DNA of 64,000 nucleotides from Candidatus Obscuribacteraceae bacterium. GTDB lineage: Bacteria; Cyanobacteriota; Vampirovibrionia; Obscuribacterales; Obscuribacteraceae. The number at the start of each line of letters is the position of its first letter. Within the stretch, counting starts at the first letter, position 1. Position numbers and translations under genes: made by a program. The stretch covers positions 1 through 64,000 of the forward strand of contig JBGAHS010000010.1 in assembly GCA_044226015.1 (NCBI GenBank). Direction: 5' to 3'. This document shows, piece by piece, positions 18,845-29,059 of the stretch. The notes under the pieces were generated by a model. The model searched no databases. It saw only the letters and a list, made by a program, of their open reading frames with translations, and was not told the origin of the DNA.

Positions 18845-21800
18845 TTATGCCAGTAAAGATGAACTGGAACTTGTGGATGGCGAGAATTCGGCGCCGTCCT
18901 TTAGGGCTATTGTGTTGTTTGTGGTTGCTGGCGTTCTCTTGCCTGGCACAATGATTCCAATGAGATTTAGGGGATCAGCTGCAGATAGGTGAATCAGATC
19001 GGATTGCACCACTGGTGATTTGTTCCGTGAATGGCGCAGCGATTCGACTGCTTCCGCAAGTGCGAACTGTTCTCCCATGAAGCCGCTGACGAATCGTCCA
19101 CCGCGAATTTCTCCTCGGTCTTCCAATCGCCTGAATGCGATTAGTAATTCTCTCCATTTCGGGATAATGCTTTCTCTTGCAAGTACATCTCGCATTACAA
19201 CGCCATATCGACGCAAGAGGACCCAGCAAATGGCTTCGTGCTGACGTGCCTTTTCGACGGCATCGACATAAAGCAATGACCAGCGCCCCGTGCTATATCG
19301 TGGCATTGACATTTTTGCTCTTCCCTGACCTGAGCGACGTTTCGGATCAATCAGCGCCCTTAGATTGTCAAATCCATCAGCTGTGACTAGTCCCGCTGCT
19401 ACCAACTCCCAGAGCGCATTTTCGATTTCTGATTGCAGTCGATTTGTTCCTCGCTGAATATCAGCAAAAAAGGAAGCACCACGTTGTTTCAAGAACTCTT
19501 TTACAGCGATCGCTTCGTTGCTCAAGCCTTTATTATCTTCAAACATCGAACCTGGATGAATTGCGGGAAGCCAATCACAATCTTCCCTTATATAGAAGGT
19601 TATGGGCGCAACGCTGGTTGGAATCACACGCCAATTTTTGCTGCTTGCCTCTCCGGTGTTCTCTTGCATTGTGGCTGGATGCGGGGAGATGCGTCCCCAA
19701 CCAATTCGTCCAGTTAGGCAGAGTTTGTCCAGAACATCGGGCTTATAGTCTTTTAGTCGTTTGCGCAAAACAAATTGCTCCCAAGCATTTGCTGGAAGTT
19801 CTATGCCCTGCAATTGTTTTATAACCTCGAGAGTGCTTCTCTCGTCGCCAGGTAGTTGTGTACCTGCCGCTACATGTTGCCAATGCAGAAGCCAATTCAT
19901 GTAATGCGCCGGCGAAACAGCCTCAATGCCCTTACGAAGCACGGCTACAGTCAATTTGTGTATTCGCGCAAGAAGTCTTCGGTCGCACCATTCAAGAACT
20001 TTTCTCTTGTAGGCATCGGGTCTGAACTCGCCTCGAAGAACCGCTCCACTGGATTCGATTCGAATTAAAGCGAAGTCTAAATCTGAGGACGCAAGCTCGA
20101 ATAAATCTACGAGTTCGGGGACCGTGGTCGGTCCTAGATGCGATAGCCAGCCTTGAAGGAGAACCATAATCACATCTTCTCTGGTAAGCGGCTCGCCTTT
20201 CAATGCCTGAACTGGCTTAAGTTCGTTGAGGAGCTTAATTTCCGGGTAGAGCAGTTTGACGGATTCTTTTCTTTCTGCTGATAGCCAGATGATTTTTGAT
20301 TTTCCTGGGCTGGAGCCATCGCATGTTTCGACCACATCCGCATCCGCACCGCATGCGACCACATCCGCATCCGCACCGCATGCGACCGCATCCGCAGCGC
20401 TTGCATCTGCATTCGCACCGCTTGCATCTGCATCCGCATTGCTTGCGACCGCATCCGCGTTTTCATTCCCAGAGTTTTGTGTATCCGGAGCACGAGTAGG
20501 AATCTCGGCTCTAGCTGCTCTGCCGCGGCTAGCAAGTTCTTCGAAAAAATGCCGCCAGGTCGCTGGGATCTTATTCATGTCCTCCGGAATCACAACAAGT
20601 GTTTGCAGAAGGTCGTGCAATTCATCGCAATCGCGTAAATCAGGCCATGCTTCCTCTTGTACTTGAGCGATAGCCGCGGGCTCCAGGCTGGCAACGTCCT
20701 TCAATCTGTCAGGCATGACACGGCGCAACTCGACTGCGCGCGCTCTTCGCTCTTCCAACGGAGCATCATCTAAATACGCGTACGGGTTCGAATTCAAAAT
20801 TTCATGCGCAAAAGCAGAAGGAATCGGTGTGTCTACCGCAAGACATCGAATCTTTCCAGCGTTTATGCTTTTGAGAATTTCCGTCAATCCCTCAAGATCC
20901 ATTGCTTCTGTTAGAACATCTTTCATCACCTCGTTGACGAGTGGATGATCGGGCATTTCAATATCGCCCTCTATGTTGTCCTGACAGGCAGCAGCTTGAG
21001 GAAAAACAGCTGCCAACAAATCGTCGCTCTTTAGTCTTTGCAGATGTGGTGGCACTTTTTTGCCGCCCTGAAAACGGAGCAGGGCAAGCGAGCGATTAGC
21101 ATCCCAGCGAAATCTCGTTGTGAAAATGGGTGATGCAAGCGATGCCTGCTCTAACACATGTTTGACCGATTCTGCGCTCAGAAAACTAAAAACGTCTGCC
21201 AGAGGAAAGCTGTGTTGCTCGCCCAGTGAAATATTCAATCCGTTGTCGGTTGCTGCTGCCTGAAGCTCGAAGTTGAAGGACCTGCAAAAGCACTTCCTCA
21301 GAGCAAGGCCCCAAGCTTTGTTGATTCGCGCACCAAACGGCGCGTGGATTATCAGCTGCATGCCTCCGCCTTCATCAAAGAATCTTTCTGCGATGATGGT
21401 ATCTTGCGAGGGAATTGCGCCCAGTACTGCTTTTGCTTCTAGAACGTATTCTATGGCTTGTTCCGCGCCCGATTTGTCCAGACCATAAAGCTCGTTCAAT
21501 TTTTCCACAAGTGCATTCTTGCGTTCTTTTTCGTCAGCAATTTCTTCAGCTGCCATAAAATCAGCGATAAATTCGCGAATTTTGCCGACCTGGAGCGAGA
21601 GTTCAGGTGTGCGCCCAGGCGCCTCGCCTTTCCAGAATGGAATTGTCGGAGCCGCTCCATGGGCATCTTCGACAAGGACTCGCCCGCGCGATTGTTCCAC
21701 CCGATGGATCCGCCAGGACGCATTGCCAAGCAAGAATATATCTCCTCGTGAACTCTCCACTGCAAACTCTTCGTCGATGGTACCAATTGTGGTTTCTTCT

Positions 21801-23335
21801 GGCAGTGCCACCACACTGAAGAGTGCCGTCTCTGGAATGGCGCCACCGCTAGTGATGGCAGCCAGTCGCGCTCCCCGTCGAGCTTTGAGTATCTTATCTA
21901 CGCGATTTCGCAAAATGTACGAACTATATCGACCTCGGCGGGCTGCGATTCCTTCCGAAACCATTTCAACAACTTCATCAAATTGTTCCTGGCTCAAATT
22001 ATGATATGGAGCGGCTTTCTTGATAGTGCTGTACAACTCGTCTTCATTCCAATCTTCCGCACTGCACATGGCGACAATTTGTTGCGCCAATATATCGAGG
22101 GGACAATCAGGAACGATTAATTTATCCAGCTCGCCTTGTCGTACACAGTGCACCAGCGCTGCGCTCTCTAAAAGCTCATCGCGAGTGGTTGGAAAGATGC
22201 GTCCTTTTGGAATCGCGCCTCGCCAGTGTCCTGCACGTCCGATTCGCTGCAGAGTTACAGCGATTGAGCGAGGTGAGCTGATTAGGCACACGAGGTCCAC
22301 GGTTCCAATATCTATTCCAAGCTCAAGAGAAGCTGTGGCGCAAAGAGCACGCAGCTCTCCATTTTTCAGCTTGCGTTCAGCCATATGACGCATCTTACGC
22401 GAGAGGCTGCCATGGTGTGCTGCAACTGCGTCTTCGCCCAAGCGCTCCGCAAGATGCAGTGTCATTCTTTCAGCAAGAGCTCTGGTATTTACGAAAATCA
22501 GAGTGGAGCGATTTTGTTCAATAAGTTGGGCAAGGCGGTCATATATTTCGTCCCATTGTTCATTTGTTGATACCGCGCCTAGTGGCTGCCCGGGTACTTC
22601 AACTTCAAAGTCGATTTTTCTCTTATGCCCAACATCTACTATCACTGGCATTTGGCGGTCGTTTCCAACGAGAAATCGAGCGACGATTTCAATTGGTTTT
22701 TGTGTTGCACTAAGTCCAATGCGAATAGGTCTAATTTCCGAGAGTCTGTCGAGGCGTTCTATTGAAAGCGCAAGATGAGTGCCGCGTTTATCATCCGCTA
22801 CGGCGTGGATTTCGTCCACGATAAGTGTTCGAACGTTTTTGAGATTCGCCCTGCTTTTATCAGAGGTGAGCAGGATGTAGAGTGACTCGGGCGTTGTCAC
22901 TAAAATGTGAGGTGGTTGCTTCAACATTTTTCGGCGATCTATTTCCAGCGTGTCGCCTGTTCGCACGGCGATGCGGATCTTTTGCATCTTTATGTCACGT
23001 GCGTCTGCTAGCATCGAAATTTCATCGAGCGGACCTTCAAGATTCTTCTGGATGTCGTTGCTCAAGGCTTTGAGTGGCGAAACGTAGACCACTTCGGTCT
23101 TGTCTTCCAGCGTTCCTGCGCATGCTTTTCTGACTAGTGCGTCGATGCAGGCAAGGAAGGCGGTTAAGGTTTTTCCTGACCCTGTCGGGGCGGAAATGAG
23201 GGTGGCGTTTCCTTTGAGGATTTCCGGCCAGCCAACGATTTGCGGTTCGGTAGGACTGCCGAATTTCGCAATAAACCAGTCACGCACCAGCGGGTGCGCC
23301 CAATCAAGCGACCTGTCAATTTCTAATTGCTGCAT
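18845..23335 (-). CDS. lhr: Lhr-family ATP-dependent SF2 helicase, long form
   Basis: APTGSGKT, TTPESL, DEIH, GLSATQ, HHGSLS, SLELGIDIG and QRIGRAGH motifs, plus a C-terminal LLRRYGVV...GEIRGGRFV region typical of long Lhr. Confidence 0.93.
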   Translation of the reverse strand: MQQLEIDRSLDWAHPLVRDWFIAKFGSPTEPQIVGWPEILKGNATLISAPTGSGKTLTAFLACIDALVRKACAGTLEDKTEVVYVSPLKALSNDIQKNLEGPLDEISMLADARDIKMQKIRIAVRTGDTLEIDRRKMLKQPPHILVTTPESLYILLTSDKSRANLKNVRTLIVDEIHAVADDKRGTHLALSIERLDRLSEIRPIRIGLSATQKPIEIVARFLVGNDRQMPVIVDVGHKRKIDFEVEVPGQPLGAVSTNEQWDEIYDRLAQLIEQNRSTLIFVNTRALAERMTLHLAERLGEDAVAAHHGSLSRKMRHMAERKLKNGELRALCATASLELGIDIGTVDLVCLISSPRSIAVTLQRIGRAGHWRGAIPKGRIFPTTRDELLESAALVHCVRQGELDKLIVPDCPLDILAQQIVAMCSAEDWNEDELYSTIKKAAPYHNLSQEQFDEVVEMVSEGIAARRGRYSSYILRNRVDKILKARRGARLAAITSGGAIPETALFSVVALPEETTIGTIDEEFAVESSRGDIFLLGNASWRIHRVEQSRGRVLVEDAHGAAPTIPFWKGEAPGRTPELSLQVGKIREFIADFMAAEEIADEKERKNALVEKLNELYGLDKSGAEQAIEYVLEAKAVLGAIPSQDTIIAERFFDEGGGMQLIIHAPFGARINKAWGLALRKCFCRSFNFELQAAATDNGLNISLGEQHSFPLADVFSFLSAESVKHVLEQASLASPIFTTRFRWDANRSLALLRFQGGKKVPPHLQRLKSDDLLAAVFPQAAACQDNIEGDIEMPDHPLVNEVMKDVLTEAMDLEGLTEILKSINAGKIRCLAVDTPIPSAFAHEILNSNPYAYLDDAPLEERRARAVELRRVMPDRLKDVASLEPAAIAQVQEEAWPDLRDCDELHDLLQTLVVIPEDMNKIPATWRHFFEELASRGRAARAEIPTRAPDTQNSGNENADAVASNADADASGANADASAADAVACGADADVVACGADADVVETCDGSSPGKSKIIWLSAERKESVKLLYPEIKLLNELKPVQALKGEPLTREDVIMVLLQGWLSHLGPTTVPELVDLFELASSDLDFALIRIESSGAVLRGEFRPDAYKRKVLEWCDRRLLARIHKLTVAVLRKGIEAVSPAHYMNWLLHWQHVAAGTQLPGDERSTLEVIKQLQGIELPANAWEQFVLRKRLKDYKPDVLDKLCLTGRIGWGRISPHPATMQENTGEASSKNWRVIPTSVAPITFYIREDCDWLPAIHPGSMFEDNKGLSNEAIAVKEFLKQRGASFFADIQRGTNRLQSEIENALWELVAAGLVTADGFDNLRALIDPKRRSGQGRAKMSMPRYSTGRWSLLYVDAVEKARQHEAICWVLLRRYGVVMRDVLARESIIPKWRELLIAFRRLEDRGEIRGGRFVSGFMGEQFALAEAVESLRHSRNKSPVVQSDLIHLSAADPLNLIGIIVPGKRTPATTNNTIALKDGAEFSPSTSSSSSLLA

Positions 23336-23658
23336 TCACTAAGTTTAACCGATCTTTTCGGGGGAATTTCTTCTATTTTGCAGCTTATAGAATGTACAGG
23401 TTGAGTCAAATATTTTGAGCTCTTCGATCAAGATTTTTTTGTTTAGTCGGCGGTAGATTTTCTGATTTTTTGATTTGCTTTTTCAACTTAGCCGAAAATG
23501 GTGTTTGGGCAGATCGTTTTGGCATATTTCAAATCCGCATAAATTCAGATGGTACAAAAGCAAAGATAGCCGTAAATGGTCCTTTTCGGCTATCTTTCTG
23601 TTCATTTCTCTTTTTAGGAGCTGCTAAAATCACTTACATAGACTGTTGGAGATCGCTC

Positions 23659-23988
23659 ATGGCTCAGTCAGGTTTTCGCAAAGTATTGGAAAAATATGGT
23701 TGGTTTATCGCCTCGGGTTTTGTCCCACCAGTTTTTTTCGCGCTCGCCTGGTTCATCAGCTCAGTTTGTTGGCCGCGTCCAACAGATGATGAATTAGCTT
23801 TGAGCCATGTTGTATCGAACATCCCTTCCTTCGGAATAATACCTTTTATGTTTGTCTTCATTCTATTGGGTTATTTGAAACGCAAACATCCAAACACCTT
23901 TTTGAGTAAGTATCCGATCTGTTTGATTCTTGGAGCTTTTGTCGTCAGCACTCTACTTTCAATGGCCTTTTTTGCCATCTTTATTTGA
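23659..23988 (+). CDS. Small membrane protein with about three TM segments
   Basis: ATG at 23659 with a GGAG RBS; convergent with the Rhs gene, stop codons 9 bp apart. Confidence 0.6.
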   Translation: MAQSGFRKVLEKYGWFIASGFVPPVFFALAWFISSVCWPRPTDDELALSHVVSNIPSFGIIPFMFVFILLGYLKRKHPNTFLSKYPICLILGAFVVSTLLSMAFFAIFI

Positions 23989-23997
23989 AAAACTTTC

Positions 23998-26334
23998 TTA
24001 CTTACAATAATTCCGAAGTTCGTTCCAAATCGTTCCGTTAGTCCGTTTTTTTGTCGGAAGCCCAAATGGTGGGAGATTGTAACCTGGCGCCAGTCCTCCT
24101 GGCCAAAGATCTACTCCTCGAGTTAAATTGAAAAGAACTTGATTGCTTGTTGCATGATCTCCTGGACCGAGAACTCCAGGCCAAGGATTATAAAATTTTG
24201 GATTATCTCTCAGTAAGGCTTGCATTTTATATGCATCGTTAACAATTTGAGCGGCTTGATCATGTGGTATCGAGATTGCGCCTTGGGTATATCCAGCCGT
24301 CCAATTAAAAAGAGGAATGGAACTTGGGTGTACCATAGGAATGTCGGGACGCGAACTCGATGTTCTGATATCGACGCTCACGCGACCTATTGTCCTGAAA
24401 TCCAGAGCAAAGAATCCGTTTATCGTATAGTAGGTCCCATCAACTTGCACAACAGTTCCGGCGTGCCGGAGCTGTTGTACGCCAAAAGCCGGACTTCCGA
24501 TTGCTTGTATTGTCGAATAGTTAGTATTTGAACTTTGCTGCAATCCAGTTGGGTCTGAAAACGCTACAGGATCATTTTTGACGTAAGTGTAAAGGTTTAA
24601 GTCTCCGCTGACCGTGTTTGTCGGATCAGGCTGTAGAAACCTCCCAAGAGCAGGTGAATATATGCGTGCCTTGTAGTTATACAGACTAACTTCTGGGTCA
24701 TATCGCTGCCCAGTGTAACCGAACGTTGCACCAGGCAAGCTAGTTGTTTCACCAAAAACACCATATTTGTATCTATTCAAAACTAAGCCAGCCCCATCTG
24801 TCCGAGCAATGACAGAGCTTAGCCTGTCCAGATGGAGATATGATTTTGTCGTATCCTTTATTGAAATAAGAGTTTCATCTGCCAAAGGACCTGGGACGAA
24901 TCTGTTAACCAGAACGCCATCCTGATCGTATTGTTCAATAAGCTGTGCTCCGTCGTACAGAAAATTGGTCTGTGATGCATTGCTTGTTTTACGAGCTTGT
25001 CTATTTTTTGGATCATAAATGTAATCGTTCGAAACATCATCTGTAACCAACTGCGTCAAACGATTTAGTGTGTCGAAAGTCGCTAAGAATGGTCCATCTG
25101 TTAGGCAACCGTTGGTATTGTAGGTAAGCAATGTATTTCCAATCTTCGGATATTGATTTAGATTATTTGCAATCGAGTAAATTTTGGTGTTTGAACTAGC
25201 TGGAGTCCAATTGTACTTTTTGTTGCTGGCGCTCGTTGATATGGGCTGATGGACCTTGTTATAGGTCAATAGGAAGCCTACGGAGTCATCTTCGAATACA
25301 TGCTGCTGCTGTTCTAAATCATTGCTTAGATTCCATGAATAAGTGCAAGTGCAACCATTCTCATATGTAATGAGAACTCTTCGGGAAAGCGCATCATAAT
25401 CAAAATGAATTGCTGAAGAACTGCTACCATTAAGCCTAATATCGGTCATTCGGTTCAGTTCATCGAACAAATATTGAGCACAATATCCATCCGGATAAGT
25501 CAGCTTCGTCCGATTACCATTTTTATCTAATTCGTAACTCACGGTTTTGGAATCCGGCATACTTTGCGAAACGAGGCGACCAGCGGTGTCGTATCCGAAA
25601 CCATAGTCGCCTGTAGTAGGGTCTTCTGGATTTGCTGGAGTATTGATATTCATCAGCCGTCCAGCCAGATCATATGTCATCGTTTGCAAGGCTAAAGTTT
25701 CTGGTTGCCTAGTTCGTGAACGATTGAGCACATCAAAAGTGCTAGCAATTTCATCCCCAGCTCTCGTAATCATTGAAAGGACGTTTCCATTATCGTCGTA
25801 CAATGAGTTTTGCTCAAAGGTCAGGTCAGGATAAATGCGCTTGTTAAGCCTATCGAATCGATCATACTCATGCTGTATCTGATTATCATTTGCGTCGCTG
25901 ATAGTTGCAAGATGACCGTTTTCTGTGTAAGTCCGGGTTTCAGAGTCCTGCAAAAGAGGATCCACTAGAACGCTGATTCGACCCAATTCGTCATAAATGT
26001 ACTGCCACTTTCGTCCTTCTGCATCAGTTTGCTGAATAAGCCAGTTGTTTGAGTTGTATTCAAACCGAGTTAAGTTGTTTAAGGGATCGGTTGTTTTACA
26101 GAGAGATCCGTTAGGCAAATATTCCCAATTCCAAATCTGGAGAGGATTTAAAGGATCTTCGGTTTCCTTTTGCAAGGATATTGGCCAGCCATTTTTGTCG
26201 AAGAGCCAATTTGTAACGAAGCTAAAAGGGGAAGGCGTTGTTTGTTTCGTTGGTCGTCTTTCAAAATCAAATTGGAATGTGGTTTCATTTCCGTTTGGAT
26301 CGGTTATTCCTGTTAAGTTTGTACTGGAACTCAC
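23998..26334 (-). CDS. Rhs/YD-repeat toxin protein, N-terminally truncated (orphan), with a ~180-aa C-terminal domain
   Basis: Many YD repeats, Rhs core GYTGQRYDPE..LYNYKARIYSP.LGRFLQPDP, and the PVAFSDPTGL cleavage motif. The ORF begins mid-repeat. Confidence 0.9.
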   Translation of the reverse strand: MSSSTNLTGITDPNGNETTFQFDFERRPTKQTTPSPFSFVTNWLFDKNGWPISLQKETEDPLNPLQIWNWEYLPNGSLCKTTDPLNNLTRFEYNSNNWLIQQTDAEGRKWQYIYDELGRISVLVDPLLQDSETRTYTENGHLATISDANDNQIQHEYDRFDRLNKRIYPDLTFEQNSLYDDNGNVLSMITRAGDEIASTFDVLNRSRTRQPETLALQTMTYDLAGRLMNINTPANPEDPTTGDYGFGYDTAGRLVSQSMPDSKTVSYELDKNGNRTKLTYPDGYCAQYLFDELNRMTDIRLNGSSSSAIHFDYDALSRRVLITYENGCTCTYSWNLSNDLEQQQHVFEDDSVGFLLTYNKVHQPISTSASNKKYNWTPASSNTKIYSIANNLNQYPKIGNTLLTYNTNGCLTDGPFLATFDTLNRLTQLVTDDVSNDYIYDPKNRQARKTSNASQTNFLYDGAQLIEQYDQDGVLVNRFVPGPLADETLISIKDTTKSYLHLDRLSSVIARTDGAGLVLNRYKYGVFGETTSLPGATFGYTGQRYDPEVSLYNYKARIYSPALGRFLQPDPTNTVSGDLNLYTYVKNDPVAFSDPTGLQQSSNTNYSTIQAIGSPAFGVQQLRHAGTVVQVDGTYYTINGFFALDFRTIGRVSVDIRTSSSRPDIPMVHPSSIPLFNWTAGYTQGAISIPHDQAAQIVNDAYKMQALLRDNPKFYNPWPGVLGPGDHATSNQVLFNLTRGVDLWPGGLAPGYNLPPFGLPTKKRTNGTIWNELRNYCK

Positions 26335-26801
26335 ACAATTCTGGTTCAGCGAGCTTTTGCAAACTTATGTAGGACCGACTGTAGGACTATATCGATTCTG
26401 TTGTGCTCTCACACCTCGAGAATTCAGGAGTGAGAGCGGAAAAGCTTCAACTTGAGTCGGTCTCTTTGTAGGAAATTTGTAGAAGCTGAAGAGCACTTAA
26501 TATAGCTGAACGACATCCTTTTTACTTTTTTCGTTTCGATCCGGTAATAGTATTCAAGACAGGCGAAAGGGCTCGCGCTGCTAATCACCATGGTTTGCAG
26601 CCTGGCGCTGTCTCAGTGCTCGATTTCGACCAGTCATCGTTGTTTGTAGAACCTGAAAAATAAATCAGCTCATTTCAATGAACTCTTGGTGTGTTTTTCT
26701 CGTTTAAACATTAGAGAGGGTCACACTAAAGTTGCCCAACCTTCCCAGCAACCGCGCCGTTTCAGGGGCGGCTAATCTTCAGCGCCTTGGAGGGCACCAT
26801 A

Positions 26802-28097
26802 ATGCCAAAGTTGACAAAGGAATTTATCGAAGCAGAAATCAATTCACCAGTAACGGGACAACGATTCTACCGTGACGACGATCTCCCTGGATTTGCAATT
26901 CGGGTAACGCGATCTTCAATGTCATTTGTTCTTGAGAAACGCGTTGGTGGATCTAACAGGCGAATTACAATTGGTAAGTGTAGCGAGTTGACTTTGGATA
27001 CAGCGAAGAAGCAGGCTTTGATCATGCTCGGTGATATAGCTAGAGGCAACGATCCAAAAACAGGCAAACGCATAAACACGCTCCGCGATATCACGCTGAG
27101 GGAGGTGCTGCACAAATTTCTCGAAATGAAACCGATAAGAGAAAGCACCAAAAGAAATTATCATTATGCAATCAACCGGCACTTTATCGATTGGCTCGAC
27201 GTGCCGATCACTTCTATAACAAAAGACATGGTTGAACTGCGTCATGGCGAACTGACGGAAAAACCAAACAGGCTGAAAACTTCAAGTCACGGTCGTGCAA
27301 ATAATGCGTTAAAAAAGTTAAGCGCGCTCATCAATTTTGCTTCGGACCGATACGGTAGCGAAGATGAGCCGTTGATTAAAACGAATCCAGTGACGAGGCT
27401 TTCCCGCAACAGGTCCTGGCACAAAATTCATCCCAGGCAAGGCATCATTCCAGATCATAAACTGAAAGATTGGTATAGAGCAGTAGCCACGCTCAAAAAT
27501 GAAGTGGCACGCGATTTCATCTTATTTCTACTACTGACCGGTTTACGATTCGGCGAAACGAGAAAACTAAAGTGGAGTTATGTAGATTTTGAAAACAAAA
27601 TTTTAACAGTCCCACGTGAATTGACGAAGAGTGATCGAGAGCATCGACTTCCGCTCAGCGACTTCCTTTTGTCACTTCTGCGAAAGCGCCACATTTTTAG
27701 CAATGGTTCTCAATGGATTTTCCAATCTACGCGATTGAAAAACAAACATCTCAGCGAGGGCGTAGGAATCGTTCGAAGAGTACGTGCAAAAAGTGGTGTG
27801 CATTTTACTTTCCATGATCTTCGCCGCACTTTCCTCACCATGGGAGAAAAGTTGGATGTTCCGCCGTATGCTCTCAAGCGCTTGGTCAACCACAGCGTCT
27901 CAAACGACATGACAGGACGCTATCTAGTCTTAGACATTGATCGCCTTAGAACGCACATGTGTCGAATTACCGATGCGTTTCTGGATTTGCTCGGCATCAA
28001 TGAAAGCATTGGAAAGGAATGGACACCGATAAAAGAACGGGAGCATGAGGAAGTAGTGCAGCTTCTCATTTCGCAATTCGATTCTACTCCTGTGTAG
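26802..28097 (+). CDS. Tyrosine recombinase/integrase, P4-like, with N-terminal arm-binding domain
   Basis: Arm domain (RDDDLPGFAIRVT...RRITIG) and catalytic residues TGLR, K, HDLRR, NH and Y (GRY); GGAGG RBS before the ATG at 26802. Confidence 0.93.
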   Translation: MPKLTKEFIEAEINSPVTGQRFYRDDDLPGFAIRVTRSSMSFVLEKRVGGSNRRITIGKCSELTLDTAKKQALIMLGDIARGNDPKTGKRINTLRDITLREVLHKFLEMKPIRESTKRNYHYAINRHFIDWLDVPITSITKDMVELRHGELTEKPNRLKTSSHGRANNALKKLSALINFASDRYGSEDEPLIKTNPVTRLSRNRSWHKIHPRQGIIPDHKLKDWYRAVATLKNEVARDFILFLLLTGLRFGETRKLKWSYVDFENKILTVPRELTKSDREHRLPLSDFLLSLLRKRHIFSNGSQWIFQSTRLKNKHLSEGVGIVRRVRAKSGVHFTFHDLRRTFLTMGEKLDVPPYALKRLVNHSVSNDMTGRYLVLDIDRLRTHMCRITDAFLDLLGINESIGKEWTPIKEREHEEVVQLLISQFDSTPV

Positions 28098-28432
28098 GCA
28101 AAATTTTCAGCCTACGGAATTTCTACATTCGCGATTGCAAAAGTGCTCTTCGCGATTCACTTCGCGCCTTTTGAGGTTTACGCTTCTGCCAAACAATTTT
28201 CGACACCTACAAACGCGTCTACACGGAGTAAAATACTCTGACTGCGTCGATAATGTATGAGTTCCAGTACAATTATCGTAAAGGAAGCTCTGTGAGCTTG
28301 CATCATCAAAGCTCTCATTGCTCGCCGGGCCACGTGAACTTTCAGCGCTCGAAGAAAATGAACTGCGGGTCTGGCGTTCTTCTCCAACGGTGTCTGAATC
28401 AATCAGCCAGGAGCTGTTCTTTAACGGGGGGG

Positions 28433-29059
28433 TCATTGCAGCAGATTTTTCAACAGGGGTAAGAGATCTCTGTAAAGGTCATTGGGAGGACGATGTCCGG
28501 TGGCATCGCAACGCAGAACAAATGATTTATCTATCAGTTGAAAGCCAGGAATTAAATTGTAAGCTGCGTTGCCGATGTAGCTCTGGTCTGCAAAAAGTAC
28601 AATCTCGTTTGCGCGATTTCCAAAGTTAAAGTGTTTCGACCATTCTTTCGCTTGTTGAAGATTCGGTGCAGTCATTTCGGGGCTGTAAAGCAAAAGATGG
28701 ATCCTTAGTAGACGAGTGTCCGTGCTGCTAATTCCATATTGTTGCAAGCTTGTATCGATAGACGGAAGCCCTGCCTGCGCGCTGCCGCCGTGAAAGGCAC
28801 CTTTTTGTGCTGCTCCGACGAATGCCTGGCATGCAGGGCAAGACATACCTATCGGTTCCAGCAAAATTATTTTTCCAGCGTACTGCGATAGCTGTATCTT
28901 TCGCCCATCGGTGTTAGTTAGTTCGAGGTTCGGATATCGCTGATTAAGTTGGGGCGGCCATGGGGCGGATGGGCTCGCCAACGAACTAAGCTGACATGCA
29001 AAAAATAGAGAACATGCAACGACAAGCCATTTCGTTTGCAGGAGGTGTAGTCGTCCCAT
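28433..29059 (-). CDS. Exported thioredoxin-fold (redoxin-like) protein
   Basis: YPNLELTNTDGRKIQLSQYAGKIILL followed by CPAC, and a signal-like segment. Start uncertain; the ORF extends to 29200. Confidence 0.75.
   Translation of the reverse strand: MGRLHLLQTKWLVVACSLFFACQLSSLASPSAPWPPQLNQRYPNLELTNTDGRKIQLSQYAGKIILLEPIGMSCPACQAFVGAAQKGAFHGGSAQAGLPSIDTSLQQYGISSTDTRLLRIHLLLYSPEMTAPNLQQAKEWSKHFNFGNRANEIVLFADQSYIGNAAYNLIPGFQLIDKSFVLRCDATGHRPPNDLYRDLLPLLKNLLQ

Noticed and set aside
20300..20500. Intein in Lhr
   Set aside because: The insert is short and low-complexity and lacks the terminal His-Asn splicing motif.
23340..23660. attL duplicate of the tRNA-Lys or tRNA-Arg 3' end at the left edge of the accessory region
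   Set aside because: No matching direct repeat found by eye.
26733..26797. Leader hairpin sequestering the integrase RBS (TGCCC...GGGCA)
   Set aside because: Only about five contiguous base pairs, not distinguishable from chance without folding and covariation data.
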